Origin: Eledone cirrhosa
Lineage: Eukaryota
Length of the DNA: 64,000 bases
Assembly (NCBI GenBank): GCA_964016885.1
Contig: OZ024752.1
Coordinates: forward strand, 38,874,001-38,938,000
Direction: 5' to 3'
The position numbers were made by a program, and so were the translations under genes. Numbering within the stretch: position 1 is the first letter of the stretch; every line of letters starts with the position of its first letter. Below, piece after piece: positions 1 through 13,780 of the stretch. Under the pieces are notes generated by a model. It did not search any database, was not told the origin of the DNA, and saw only the letters and a program-made list of their open reading frames with translations.

Positions 1-7
1 ATCTCAC

Positions 8-149
8 CTTTTCATAGAATGGAGCATATTTCTCAGCAAATCTGCATTCCAATGAATGAAGTTCTTCATAGAAATCAGATTCAATCTTAGTCGTTTCAAA
101 CTGAAGTTTCTTTAAGGCTTTTATTCTCCGCTTAACACATTTAGGTAAA
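8..149 (-). CDS. NAP1L1: NAP1 family histone chaperone, coding exon 4 (gene continues beyond window start)
   Basis: Minus strand ttttctttcAG|...|GTgaga; 142 nt, phase 2 to 0. Encodes (S)LPKCVKRRIKALKKLQFETTKIESDFYEELHSLECRFAEKYAPFYEK, matching the NAP1 dimerisation helix (vertebrate SLPRVVKRRVNALKNLQ...FYEEVHDLERKY). Likely co-ortholog of NAP1L1 and NAP1L4. Confidence 0.95.
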
Positions 150-1520
150 CTGAAAGAAAAACCCAACAGAGCAAACTATTATCATAAAAAAGAGAGGAAG
201 GAAAAAATAAAAAGAGAGAGAGACATAAGTCACTGCAGAATTGAAAGGAAAGAGTTAAAATCCTAAAATATTAGGTTTGGGAAAGTTTCCTGCCATAAAT
301 ACACAAAGTTTGTCAAATTTGCTACCCAACACTTCAACACCAAATAGCTACTTGCCACTTAGCACTGGCTGATTTTGTCTAATTTACGACTCAACCCTGG
401 CTGATTTTGTGACACCATCACTTAAACTCCCTTCGTTACCCCTTCCATCTGGCATACTGCCTGTCCTACCAACTACTATTGTCCAGTCATCAAAAGATTA
501 GCTCTCTAGAATCATCTAATGTCCAACTATCAAAAACATTTTCTTTAAATGGTAATTTTTTTTTTTTAAGAGACTTGTACAAATCAGTTCTAATAATTCC
601 AAATAGCTACAAGATTCGATATGTGAGCTAAAACGTTTACTGTGAAAATATAGAGTAATGTAAATGCTAATAGGTTAATATCACAACTTGTTACAATTAC
701 TGAGTTTTAGATTAATATTTTAACTAGATTTCACTGTCTACCACAGTACTATTTGCATCAACTTCATGAATCTTGTCACATTTCTTTGCTGAAGTCTTAA
801 GAACCAAACATGACTGGAGTTATTTCCCATTATTATTCAAACAAACATGAATGATAGGAACCAATATTCTCATTTCTTCACTGAAAATATTTCTAATTAG
901 ATTTTTGATATTCCCTATACTCATTGTAAATCAAAGAGTAACTTTCATGGAACAACATTTTGATTAATATGAAGAGACCAAACGGGGCAGTCTCTACATT
1001 ATTCAGAAGGGCCAAAGAACTCTATAACTAGCAAGTGACAATCCCTCCACACCAAACAATCACTTCCAACTACAATCTTTAAGAAACATTGGCAGTACAC
1101 AATGGAATATGCAATACATAACATTAATCATTTCAATTAATTCACAAAAGGTTTTGAAGGGTTTACTAAAATTATTATGAAGATGGTAACCTAACATGTG
1201 GATCTGATGTAAGACTTTTGTTGGCAAATAATTTAAAAGAGGAACACTTAGAAAAATGGGTGGTTTATGTTTCATAAAACAAGAGCCTGTTTCAGGACGT
1301 TTGATAGTGAAAGGGTTAAGTTACCAGACATCATTTGAATGCTTCAACAAAGACCTTTATTTTAAAAAGCCCTAATGGGTTGAATAAGGGGTTAAAATTT
1401 AAAAATAGATTAGATACCACCCAAAATCCTAACACTCATTGCTAAGAAAACTGAGAAGCTTTTAACATCACAAAAACTGAAGAGAAATTTAAAAAAAAAA
1501 AAACCTCAATATCAACCTAC

Positions 1521-1641
1521 CTTTGAATGTAAGTGGATGGAGTACCAACAATACTGCCAAGCTTATCTTGCAGAGCAGCCAATTCAAAAGGATTTTGCAT
1601 CCATTCACATGCATTGTCTGCAGATCCAGTTTGTGGAGCAT
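1521..1641 (-). CDS. NAP1L1: NAP1 coding exon 3
   Basis: ttttattAG|...|GTaggt; 121 nt, phase 1 to 2. Encodes (D)APQTGSADNACEWMQNPFELAALQDKLGSIVGTPSTYIQ(S), resembling vertebrate MMQNPQILAALQERLDGLVETPTGYIES. Phases join both neighbouring exons. Confidence 0.95.
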
Positions 1642-1888
1642 CTAATAAAATTATAAAATTACAAGAGATTATTTTTTAACATACAGTAGCAACCAATATG
1701 ATGTGGAGAGAAGATGGCCTCTCCAAGTTTTTAAAATGCCCTAGAAAAATGCTGCATGTTAATACGATGCCCCTCAGAAATTACGGGAGACCATTGTAGG
1801 CATGCAACTGATAATGAAGAAATAATATACTCCACATGTATGGCAGATTTAACTACAACTTGTCTAAAAGGTGGCAAATTATAAATAC

Positions 1889-1950
1889 CTTCTGATCCTT
1901 CTTCAACATCTGTTTCTACTTCTTCAGGATCAGCTTCTGCATTGTTTTGT
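1889..1950 (-). CDS. NAP1L1: NAP1 coding exon 2 (acidic N-terminus)
   Basis: aatttcAG|...|GTattt; 62 nt, phase 2 to 1. Encodes QNNAEADPEEVETDVEEGSE, in frame with both neighbours. Confidence 0.9.
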
Positions 1951-2029
1951 CTGAAATTAAAAGAATAATGATCAAAAGTAGAATACATTTTTTATCTTCA
2001 ATTGTAAAGAGCTGCTCTTCATTATTATA

Positions 2030-2141
2030 TAAGGGGGGCGCAAAAGTCACGCACCACTGAAATAACACTCATATAAGTAAATGTGTTGAATGTTCATAAA
2101 ATGATGGGAAGGTGGTGCGTGACTTTAGTGCCACTCTGTAT
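2030..2141. mobile_element. Short Tc1/mariner-type MITE
   Basis: Imperfect TIRs ggcgcaaaagtcacgcacca / tggtgcgtgactttagtgcc, ending ctgta, TA-flanked. Confidence 0.6.
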
Positions 2142-2450
2142 AATAGAAATGTAAGTGACCAAGTAGTCTGGAAAATTTACTTAATACATCCAGAATGTTC
2201 TAATCACTTTTCATTGTTACTATTTGAGGGGAGTATCTGTGAACAGGAACAATCCTGTCCGCATTCTTAACCCTCCAAAATACCTGCCAATTGATACAGC
2301 AGACTATTTCATACAAAATAAACAGCAAATTAAATTTGTTTGACCAGTACCATATGAAACCACATTAGCAAGACATTCTTGAAAAGCTAAAAAAAAAAAA
2401 CAAAAAAAAAAACAATACTATGACCTGCATCACAGATTCAGTGTGGTATT

Positions 2451-2635
2451 CATCATCATCATCACCGTTTTACGTCCGTTCTTCCACGCTAGCATGGGTT
2501 AGACGGGTTGTCCTGTTGTGGGCAGTGTCTGGTCGGCTGACCATGCCTTGCTCATACAGGAACTGATTTGGCTTGGTTTCTACAGCTGGATGCCCTTCCT
2601 AACACCAACCTCATTTACAGTGAGTGCTGGATACT
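2451..2635 (-). mobile_element. 5'-truncated SINE with (ATG)n tail, subfamily b; also about 33123-33405(-), 34363-34525(-), 34880-35125(+), 54570-54843(+), 54960-55240(+), 60185-60380(-)
   Basis: Near-identical dispersed copies of catcatc...ttttacgtccgttcttccacgctagcatgggttagacggg...ctacagctggatgcccttcctaacacc. Confidence 0.85.
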
Positions 2636-3155
2636 TTATTATGTTTACAATTAAAAGTTTTCACTTTCTTACTAATCATGCTTATAGAAGTAAATCTAAT
2701 CCACATGACACCACCATAAATGAAACTTAAAGATCAGTCCGCCTCATGGTAGTGGCAGATAGGATGGGGGGGAAAGAGACATTGCCCCAGAGGATGGCAG
2801 GGGAATGGCACTAGGAGCGGATCAGCCAATCCGCCTCCCACCTGTAGGCAGCCAACTCTGCTCAGAAAGCAGTAGTAGGGGTGTGACATGGGAGTCTCCA
2901 CTGCCACAGACTCAACCACAAACCTACCAGAGTGCAGCCAATACTTTGACAGTTTGCCCTCTTCACCCTGGTGGGCAGCAAATAAAATCTTTATAATGCT
3001 GCAAATTTTCATAATCTATCCACTTGTGGAGTCATAGAGGCACTGCCATATGGTGTGTCTAGGGCACATTTAAACCTGGCGGATCCCAACCCTTTCGAGG
3101 TCTGAACACAACCGATTTTTTCTATAGAGGAATTGACCCTAGTACTTTACTGGTA

Positions 3156-3188
<33 letters not shown>

Positions 3189-3574
3189 GTGCCCACTAAT
3201 TCCTGAGAGGATCCTCAAATACTCCTGTCAGAAGCAACCATTTCCAATTGATCCAGCTGTATCATCAAACAAGACCAGCCAAGCTCATGGATGTTATCCA
3301 ACCATCTTGCTCTGGGTCTCCTGCTAGATGGGTTTTGCCCATACCTCAAAAGGATGAAAGGCAAAGTTGACAACGGCATGATTTGAACTCAGAGCAAGCA
3401 ATGAGGTGGGACATATACCGTAACGCATTCTATCCGACGTCTTAACAACCCTGCCAATTCGGCACCTATCCACTAGTAATGACACCATAAATATTTTATT
3501 AATTCATTTCAGTTGTCTTCCAAGTCATGTTAGAAGTTTTTACATCCAAATTATTCAAATTTTAAAATACTCAC

Positions 3575-3591
3575 GGGTCATTGTCAGCCAT
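3575..3591 (-). CDS. NAP1L1: NAP1 first coding segment (ATG GCT GAC AAT GAC CC); whole exon 3575-3609 including 5' UTR
   Basis: ttctttttcAG acceptor at 3610-3611, ATG at 3591, GTgagt donor. The 17 coding nt give MADND(P), phase 2, matching the next exon and resembling vertebrate MADIDN. Confidence 0.88.
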
Positions 3592-4011
3592 ATTTATCTA
3601 ATAAATTGTCTGAAAAAGAAAAAAAATATTTTTGGTAAAGAGTTACACATCATATAAAACAAAAAGGAAGGAAATTTTCAAAAATTCTTCATCTTATTTG
3701 AGAAATAATGGTATATATACACAAGGGTTGGCTGAAAAATTCATAGAATGGCTCGCCAGAGCTGTGAAATCTTGCATACATTTAATTTCAAGTCTGAACT
3801 TTTATGAAGGTAGTTGGTCCATCAGGGTTAGTTGAGATACTTAACCCTTGATAGCAAAGCACCTCTGGTTTTATATCTATCTAAACATCTTCCAGCATAA
3901 TTTTAACTATGTAAATACCAGCTTAATAATGAAGTTATTTCATTAAATTCCTCTAAATTCTTCATTTTAAAATTGGAAAAATCATTGGCAATGTCTTCGT
4001 TATAAGTATTT

Positions 4012-4345
4012 TTCATTTTTTTTACATCCGTTTTTTCCCTGCTTGCAAGGGTGGGACGGGAACTAATTCTGGCTTGATTTCTACAGCTGGATGCCCTTCC
4101 TAACACCAACCTCATTTACAGTGAGTGCTGGGTGCTTTTTTGCTGTGGCATCTACACGACCACTTTGCAGTGGAATGATATGGACCCCAGTCCCTATCAT
4201 CTCATTTCTACAGCTGAGTAAACTGGAGCAATGTGAAATAAAGTGTCTTGCTCAAGGAAACAACACATCACCCGGTCTGAGAATTGAACTCACAACCTTT
4301 AGATTGCAAGGCCAATGCTCTAACCACTAAGCCATGTGCCTCCAT
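4012..4345 (-). mobile_element. tRNA-derived SINE with RTE-derived 3' tail (family A)
   Basis: Reverse complement of the full-length copy at 28524-28858. Confidence 0.9.
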
Positions 4346-5677
4346 GGTAAAGGATTAAAATAACCAGTGGATGTAGTCAACTCCAGGAGTCAAATCAGGC
4401 AATACATGGAGGTGTACTACAGAGGCACCAAAAGGTTCAACTAGATCATAAGAATTATGGAAAGAGTTAGCCTAGCTGAGACTCTTTGTAAGCAAACTTA
4501 GTACTTAGCAAAGCATAAACAATATACTTATCAACCTAGAGAATACCTTAAAAAGGTTCCACTCCCTGCAATTTGGTGATGAATAATGAAGCTAGTAGCT
4601 GTATAGCTTGTGAGGGTTGTACAAACCCTGTAGAGAGGAACCAGCCCTTGCTTAACCATAACAGAAAGGTTAAAGACCAGTTGCTTTGAGAGGTCCTGGG
4701 GTTTTGGAAAAATTCCAGGAGTGAAGGCAAAACCTGGAAACAAAAGGCCTCAAAAATAACCTTAGCAAAGACTCCAATTTTATTAAGAGAACAAGATCCT
4801 GCCATTAAGGAAATGTCTACGTTTAATAGGTAAAAATTCAATACTTTATACTCAGTGTAAACTATTAGATAGGGTCACAGGCAGAGTGACAGAAAGTAAG
4901 CTTTGTACATAATAGTTGCACAGGAAAAGTCAGCAAGAATACATGTGAAATATATTCCCTCAAAAGCTTGGAAGGTTAGTCTTGCTTTAAGAATTCCATA
5001 GCTTTCACTACTTAGAGGGACCTAATTAGCAACAAAGGTAGATATATAGAAATCAGCATAGCCAGAGCTTGTACAGTATAAGTTATTTGTGCTTGTACAA
5101 AAGCAATCATACAATGTGTCCTATCTGAGTACAGGATAGATTTTGTATTTACATTAGCATTTACATTACTCTATTATATTTTCATAATAAAGGCTTTATC
5201 TCACATAATATCGAATCTATGAGATTGATATTTTAAGAACAATACCTTAATATCAGTATGAGCGGCCAGTACAGGTGGTTTGAACAGAGAGGTGGGAGAA
5301 TTCTGACCAGATACGGTCGGTTTAAATGCTGATGGGTCAATGTACAAAATGGGATGCTGCTTGATAATGAGACAACTGACTGGAGAGAACTGAAACATGT
5401 TCTGCTGGATGTATAACGTTAGTGGGACAAAGTGGAAATGGGTCAAGAGAAAAACTCAGTGAACCATATGTACTGTTGAACCAATGACTGCACTGACAAG
5501 CATGTGGTGTGAATGAAGAGACGCCAGATCTGCAGAACACTGCTAGTGGATGGAATTTAATTAAGTGGGAGACCTGGGATAAAGTGGTAAAGACTGACCT
5601 CAGAAAGCTAAACCACACAAAGACGACAAAGGACTGATATTGGATATGTATCGGTATCTATTGCTCCAGTATCTTAA

Positions 5678-5963
5678 CCCTTTAGCATTTAAACCAGTCA
5701 TATCCGGCCAGAATTCTCCTCATACCTATATTAAGGTATTGTTCTCAAAATAAGTGACTCGATATTACATAAGACAATTATGTAAAATAAAGCCCTTACT
5801 GTGAAAATACAATAGTAAGTATAGAATAATTGTTTCTACTTTTGGCACAAGGCCAGCAAATAATTAGTGTATTACTGGTACTTTATGAAAGGCAAAGTTA
5901 ACCTCGGCAAGATTTGAACTCAGAATAGTAAGTATAGAATAATGTAATGTAAATGCTAAAGGG
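5678..5963. mobile_element. TTAA-flanked piggyBac-like MITE with a nested SINE fragment
   Basis: TTAA|CCCTTTAGCATTTA ... TAAATGCTAAAGGG|TTAA. Internal SINE piece 5831-5923 is bounded by a 20-bp duplication aatagtaagtatagaataat. Confidence 0.85.
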
Positions 5964-8145
5964 TTAAGTCTCCATTGACTATATTTATTACCCATTCACC
6001 AAGTCTCTTCACTGTGATTGTGTAATGTGAAATGCCATATGATCTAGCAATATTCTATATCATTACAACAGCATCAGATTTGTCTATTCAGTACTTTCTA
6101 CCCTCTTCCCAGACATAACTAACTCCTATACCACACAAAACCACATGAGCAACACATTCTTTCAGAAATATAAAACAACACTGAATGCATCACATTATGA
6201 AAATCTGCAGTTTACTAAAGACTTTCATTTTTAATCTGCCCACTGATTCAGATATTATAAACATTTTAATCAATATCAGTTTTTTTTTTGTTTTTTTTTA
6301 AATATATTTTTTGCTGGCAGGATGTTAAAAGTTGACTTTATTTGCTATTTGCTATCTTTACTGTGAAACATTTGACATACCATGATGCAATAACGACATA
6401 ACTTCTAACAACAAATTCATAGCCATCACCCTTTGTCTTCTATTAACACTGCCCTTCATACTATTTATTTAGATATTTTCTCCTCTTTCACACTATCAAC
6501 CACATTACCTGCTTCATGGGGGAAGGAAGAAGGTAGGTGTCGGTGTAACAATATCTTACCTAGCAAATCTGAAGAGTTCGAAAACCGAATGGAGATAATG
6601 TACAGAAAAAAAAAATCCTTTATTTTTATCATGTTGATACCAGTACTACTACAAAAAGCATCTAGTAAATTCTGTAAAGAGGTTGGTGTTAGGAATCCAA
6701 CAGTCTAGCTTGATTGTTCCATTTTGACATGGTTTCCACAACAGGTTGTCATTTCTAACAATCACTTTACAGGGAATATTGAGTTCATTTGTTGTCCGTC
6801 TGCAAGGCCAATAATCTCAAAACAAACATGGCCTAGTGTTTGAATAAAGAGGGGTTGATGGCCCAGGGATTAAAATAGGAGAAAGCATGACGAGAAAGTA
6901 TTAATATGTTTAAAGAGGAAAATAATATTTGGAAATAATGTACAAGCACATACAAGTATAACAAAAAAATATACCACTAATTTACTGTTAGTGGGGCAAT
7001 GCAAAGGGTTTAATTTGGCTTTATCAGCCCCATTCTTTGACTGGTCCTTTGCTGAAAACCATGAAAATGAAGGCATGAAAATACCATCATTTTACACCTG
7101 CTCTCTATAGGGAGTCGGTTATCTGGCGTTGCTAGGCTCCACGACTGGTTGGGCAAAGTACATCACACTTGTGTCCCGTTTTTTGTCGTTTCTACAGCTA
7201 AATTCTCCTAACCTAAAACCAGCCAGTTTACAGAGTGTACCGGGTGCAATTTATCGTGACACCAGACACTCCTATCCCGTCAACAAGATAGGTCTTCATG
7301 ACCCTAAACCCCTAGAGATAGTCAGACCTTATAAAGGGGAAACTAAAAGTTCCATAAATAGTTCAATATTTGGCTTTCACTAGTGTTTTCTGCTAAATTC
7401 ATTTTTTAAAAGATTACCCCCACCCCCACCACACAAAATGTATACGCACTTTGATTACCTGTACAGGCAATATTTATTAGAATGCTGTTGAAGTGTGTAT
7501 ACATGGAGAGAGGGGAGGGTGCTGTGTATATGAGTATATATATAACGGGTTGAATTCATTTCGCAAAGTAGTTTCCAGTTCGTGGTACCTAAAACAAAAA
7601 TCTACTATAGTTTTAGGGTAAAAGCATAATTTTTATGACCGTATGTCCCTTCTGGGCGACACTTTATCTATAGGTATATCCACGAGGTCTGTTTATGGAG
7701 CACGAAAATCGTATTACTGCCTGCGAATGTGAAATCCTAACATATATATGTTATCTGGTTGAATACGTATGAAAACGGGTTAATAAAAAAAATAAATAAA
7801 TAAATTCTTCCACTTCTTAACTGGGAGTCTTTGTTATACACGGGATTTTAAAATGTTATATTGTTTGCAAATGTAAGAATTTCATTACAAATGCAAGCTA
7901 CATTTTTAATTCCACGTAAGACTTCATTTATACTAATTTGTTTTTATCTAATAAATATTTGCTTTTCTAAAGAAAGGCTCATCCTTTCCATCAAAACATA
8001 CCTAACGTTTCATGTAAACGCAGAACAAAATTCCTTTTAAAAAGCACGTGTATTACGAAAACGAAATTTATTTATTTCGGTAATTCAAGACTATTAAGTT
8101 ATTTTGACATTACTCAACTATACACGTATTAGACAAAATTCCGTG

Positions 8146-8177
<32 letters not shown>

Positions 8178-8302
8178 TACATACACGAGGCTATACTTTA
8201 AAGAAACTTGTCCAAGGAACCACGCAATATAAAACTTAAGACCACGTGTTTGCGAAACGAACGTCTTAAGCGCACAGCCATATATATATATATATACATA
8301 AT

Positions 8303-8350
<48 letters not shown>

Positions 8351-10348
8351 GTCTACACGTGTGTCATCATGCTAGTTACTGCTTTAAAAACCGGTGAAGG
8401 TCAATGAAATAAAGCACCATTCTTAAAAATAAGGCTGACTGCATCAGAAATGTTCGTCCAACAAAAGGCGAACGTGAAAACGATCATTACACTGTACTTC
8501 TATATTTAAATATCTAAGAGGCGATGCCGGGAAGAGCAGCCGGCAATAAAATCGTCCCAGAAGGTGCCATTCAACCCATACCAACATAGAAATGATGCCG
8601 TATTTTTTTAAAATGTATATATATATATATATATATATATAATAATTAATAAATAAAAAAAAAAAATTTAAAAAAAAATGGTTTTAGGAAGCCTCTACAA
8701 TGCAAACAAATTATAAATAGTTATAAATATTGAGGTAGCAATGACCTGATAAAGAAAAGATATGGGAGAGAAGGGGGGAAAAAAATGGATCGGAATGTTA
8801 TCTAAAATAAATATTTCGGATAAGGTATCCGTCCAACTAGAGGATGTAAATTAGCAGATTAAAAATAAAAAAAAATCATAAAACTAACAATTTCAACAAA
8901 TTTTGGTACAATAATTTCAGGCTTGTTAACAGCTTCAACTACTCATGCTGTAAGAGAAATAATGTGCCTACCCTAACTTCATATGTACAAAAGATCTGTC
9001 AGGAGAAAAGATAAAAAGAAAACAAGAAAACCGGCGAAAGCACTTATTTAACAGTGGTAAAGAACTTTTTTTTCCAAGTCTTAATTAACATTTTATTTTT
9101 TAAATTACATCTAAGGTGTTGCTCACGAGCCAAAACAAACTTATAGGCTCTTTAGGACAGCATTTTATCAGTGTTTCCTCCACAAGCTTTTGAGTAATGT
9201 GCATGAAATTCACATGGGGTACATTAGCTACAAGCAGAGTGGGATTTACGTATAAGCTAAACAAGCTATAGCTTGGGTCCCCGAAAAAAATTGGGGAAAA
9301 AAAAAAAAAAAAAAAAAAAAAACGGTGTGTACATTTCCAAAATATAAGATAAAAAAGAACTAAAATAATGCAATAGTTTTAAACAGTTTTCTGCTTTAAT
9401 ATTGAACGTTTTGCTGTTTTTATAACATATAAAGGGCCCCCATTATCTCAAATAACTTAGGGCCTCATCAAATCTAAATCCAGCCCTAGCTACAAGTTAA
9501 CTTTCTGAAGAAATCAATTCACACAAATTGACAATCCATTTCATTTAGGTGTGCGCATGCTCTAAAATTTATAGCACATGGACAAAGAAATTTAATGTAC
9601 AGCTTTCCAACCGTGACCAACACAGCTCCAACCAACAATAGGTGCTATAAATTGTATTAAAACTCTATTGAATTCTAATTACTACATTTATACAAAATGA
9701 TGAAACCGGATTTCAAATACAACTTTCCAACCGTGACCAACCCAGCCCAAACCAAACCAATAATAGTTGTTATAAATTGTATTTAATTTTTTTCAGCAAT
9801 AACATCTAAAATAAAAAATAAAAGACGAATCAGACCGCCAAGTGCTTCTAAAGAGTTTTTGCTAGCAAAAAGTTAATATTTTTATTTTAATACTTCTCTT
9901 GTATGGTCGCTATAGTTACCACAGCTTTCATTTTAGTTTATACAATAGATAGCATTTCGTTTTTGACATCCTTGAAAGGACACAAGAACTATCTAGAGCT
10001 AATATACATACACATGCTGTAAAAGGGAGCTGCTAACAATAGGCTTATATACATATATATATATATATATATAAGTATATATAATTAATTATTTGATTAT
10101 TACGTAAAATTCAGCACACGGTCTTATTTAACTTTTACTATTCCGGATCGCAATAATTAAGTGAAAATGTGTTTTGAAGAAGCTCACAATATTTGTGCTA
10201 ATTTGTTATTACCATGACGATAAATTAAAGCACGTGCTTCCTAGAATAAAAATGAGAGATTGAAGACCCCCATAAAAGTCAGTAGGCGTTAGGTTTCTAC
10301 AAGGATACAATTACCAACCATTAACTAAAAAAAAAAAAAAAAATACAC

Positions 10349-10400
<52 letters not shown>

Positions 10401-12261
10401 TATATATAACCTTAACCACTGCCGCAAAAGAGAAATTTATAGAAAACTGACGATCAACAGATCATATCAATAGCATACAAGTAATCGAAACCCTCAGAAC
10501 AGGGATCGATTTAAGCGATTTCAGATTCAAGTAAAATTTTGTTTACGTTAAACGTAGTAAATATTTTCAACCATTTTAATTAATTCTGTGGAATTTGGCG
10601 TTAAGCACATATATAAGTGTGTGTATGTGTAGAATTATTTCGTGTTTTGCTATGCTACATTCGTTTATTTAATAGATAGATAATATATATTAAAAATATA
10701 TATATATATATCAACATACATGTGACCAACTTACACCCTCTCTAAGCTCAGTATAACGAGAAAAAATATTTTACTACGCTTAACGTAAAGTAAATTTCTT
10801 TATAAAATTATTACTAATTCAATGTAAATATACTGTTTTATTAGACTTAAGTTTTAAAAAATCTTATAGAATGTTTCAAACGGAAATCATCGAAGACATG
10901 TTACAGGCTCAAATGGGGGGGGGGGGCTTTACAAGTTTAATACGTGGTTAATTTAATGAAAAAATACAAATAAGATGTCATATTAAAGAAATTGAAGAAG
11001 AGGGGGAGGAAAAAACATGAAAATTCTTTCACATCAAACATAAAATAAAGAGTCAATGGCTACATAAATCTGACTAAAGAGAAAAGTGAAATAATTTAGA
11101 ATATTTTAGTTTGCCATTTATAGATGTCGGATCTTCAACCACTCAGAAACTGCGACTTAAATAGACCAGAGACCTAGTTGGAACAATCAACACAACATTG
11201 GATTTATTCGTAATCTAGTCAAAGTGGATTGTTAATCCAAACAGTACGAAAGCAAAAATGTTAAATGGTTTTCTTCTTCGACATTTGCACAATGCCGACA
11301 GCGTGTGAGTGTCCCTACCTCATTGAAATTATTCTCCCTCATCAAAGAGGCGACCGCAAACAATTTTTTAAAGATTCCGTTCCTATATCGGTTAAAAAAG
11401 TTTTAGAGCCTCAACTAGTGTTAATAACGGACAATCAATGACCCCTAGACGAGTTATAAATATAATTGTTACATATGTTAGTGCAGAGTGCACTAAAGAC
11501 CTTGAAATTATGCCCTCTTAACATGAATGCAATCTATCGTTTTACTATTTTTTTTTTTAATTCAACATCTAATAAAAGATATATATAAAAGTAGTGAATG
11601 ATGGATAAGACTAAGATATATGTAGAGTATATTTTAAGCTGACTCACATTAGTATTAGCAGTTAAATATGGCTGAATTACATTTGTCAGAGAACTAACGG
11701 AATGGGGGTTAGTAAGAGGTGGTTACTAGTAGAGGGAACAGAGAGAAAACATGTGGCATTAGAAAAGAAAAAACGTTCTATTATCTACTGACAGATTTAC
11801 AAACTCTTTGTGGGCTATGAACTCCTTCTGATGTTTTAGCTAACAAGTATTTCAACTTGGTATACAACATAGTATACAACTTAGTATACAACAATTTCCT
11901 CAATAGTTAGTTTATTCTATTTCATTTCATACAGTTCGTGCAACTAGGCAAGAACGTCAAAGTCGATCATTCTTTAAAACAACATAAAGAATGTTTGTAA
12001 AATTTGTTTTAAATAAAATTCGTAACAATTTTTGTAGTATATAAAAGTATATGCATGCAAATTAACTAGAATGTTCTAAAGAAAAGGGAGGCCCCAGACA
12101 CCCATTACATGCAGTCCAAAAGAGAATGGTCATAGCGAAGAAAAAGAATTTAACAACCACTAATGTATTGTTATTAATACAAATTAACTAATATTGATAT
12201 CAATTAACTGTATTGCATTATGTTAAATAACGGTAATTTTTCCTAGCATAAAATAACTTAC

Positions 12262-12327
12262 CGTGGAGCTATTCGAAGCTGCTTCTAACACGAGGGTAAG
12301 ATGATGGTCGACTCCTACGCCTAAACT
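12262..12327 (-). other. Probable non-coding first exon of NAP1
   Basis: Perfect donor CACG|GTAAGT at 12262, Inr-like TCAGTT at 12329-12324, CpG-containing unique sequence directly next to a CCAAT cluster. The ATG-bearing exon has an acceptor, so an upstream exon is required. Confidence 0.6.
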
Positions 12328-12500
12328 GAGTGACAACAAATTCGATTGGATTAAATTGCCATCATACCAAATAGTCGACCAATGAAAATTGTTAGCTTTT
12401 CAGGTTGCTGGTTGCACATCCAATTTGGCGGGTAATTGGATGTCGAGGTGGGATAGGTAAAGGGGAATAATTATAAGATTTGATACGATATTTGGCGTTC
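12328..12500 (-). promoter_or_regulatory. Probable NAP1 promoter: four CCAAT boxes and E2F-like sites
   Basis: ATTGG 12345-49, CCAAT 12379-83, CCAAT 12420-24, ATTGG 12435-39; TTTGGCGGG 12424-32 and TTTGGCG near 12491. Confidence 0.55.
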
Positions 12501-13619
12501 TTCAATTCTGTTTCATGAAATACGAATTCCACCCTATGACGCTCCCATCAGTTTGTTCGAGAAAAAAAAATATATATTCTCTTGGTTATGTCATTACATA
12601 AGGAAGCACTAATTATCGCTTATAAGATGGGTGCAGTCCATTATATTGGACACCTTGCGTTATAAAAGACATTATGTATTAAATAAATGGAATACTGGAA
12701 TACATACGACTGTTACAGAATTTTTTTTTAAATAAATTATTCCCATTATCTAATATATATAGATGCTCAAGTGGTGAGTTGCAAACTAACCTTGTCAATG
12801 AAATGGATTTAGATAGGGTTTTTTTAAAAACAATCTTGCTAAAACTTCAAGATTATCATCAACTGTATGTCTTTTAATCTGAAACAATTCCTCATATTAG
12901 CTGGATACCCTTCCTATGTCCAACCAGTTTACAAAGTGTACTGTGTGCATTTAGCGTGTAAATCACTAACACTAGGGAGGTTGTCATGTCTTAGTGTCCT
13001 TCCAACCCTATATATACAGGAGCGGCATCCAGCCATAGAGAACCTGCCAAATAAAGGACCAAGAGGGACTTTTAGCTGTGTCAAAGACATAACATCCGTA
13101 GTCCTTCTACCATGATAAAATGCATCCCGTAAAACATGGGAACATATATATGAAAGATGTGGGGGTCCCAGCCCTTATGGGCACTTGGTTGATTATAAGA
13201 ATGTATGTAAGCAAGCTACACACCCCAAGAGGTCAGTAGCTCTACTTGAGTATTGACTCAGTCTGTGATGATCTGTCCAACCCATACTAGGAGGGAAGAT
13301 GGGTGTTAAATGATGATGTGGGGCAGAAGGAGGGGGTATGTATATAGGGTAGGGAGGGCTTGTCAATCAATTTAATAACCAACAACTTTCCCAGTGTTGG
13401 TGCAACAATAAGCTAGATGCCCTTTACAGAATGTACAGGGTGCAATCACCCTGTACATTCTGCAAAGGGCATCTAGCTTACAGAAAGAAAACTTGCCAAA
13501 CAAAGAATCTAAAAGCTCTCCAGTTGTGTCAGAGATATAACAACCTTCAGCCATGAAAATGAAGTCGATAGATTGAGAGGTTCTGTCAGTAATGATACAG
13601 CAACCTCTTTAGTGCAGGG

Positions 13620-13780
13620 CACAAAACTCCATGGTCATCTGCTGTTAAGATTGACTTATTGTTGTCCTTCAGGCCATAACTGACAAGTTTAAAACTGGCA
13701 TTTCATGGGAACTCCTGTATTTTGATGATCTAATCCTCATAGTTGAACCCATTAGAGAGCTAGAGGTAAAACATGGGGTC
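13620..13780 (+). pseudogene. Degenerate RTE reverse-transcriptase fragment
   Basis: Translates VVLQAITDKFKTGISWELLYFDDLILIVE, similar to IVLQAITEEFKTGCPWELLYADDLVLIAE of the LINE at 27.8 kb. Confidence 0.75.

Noticed and set aside
4350-5150. Possible old L1/Tx1-like RT remnant (VKQG..PL on the minus strand)
   Set aside because: Too degenerate to support beyond a single motif.
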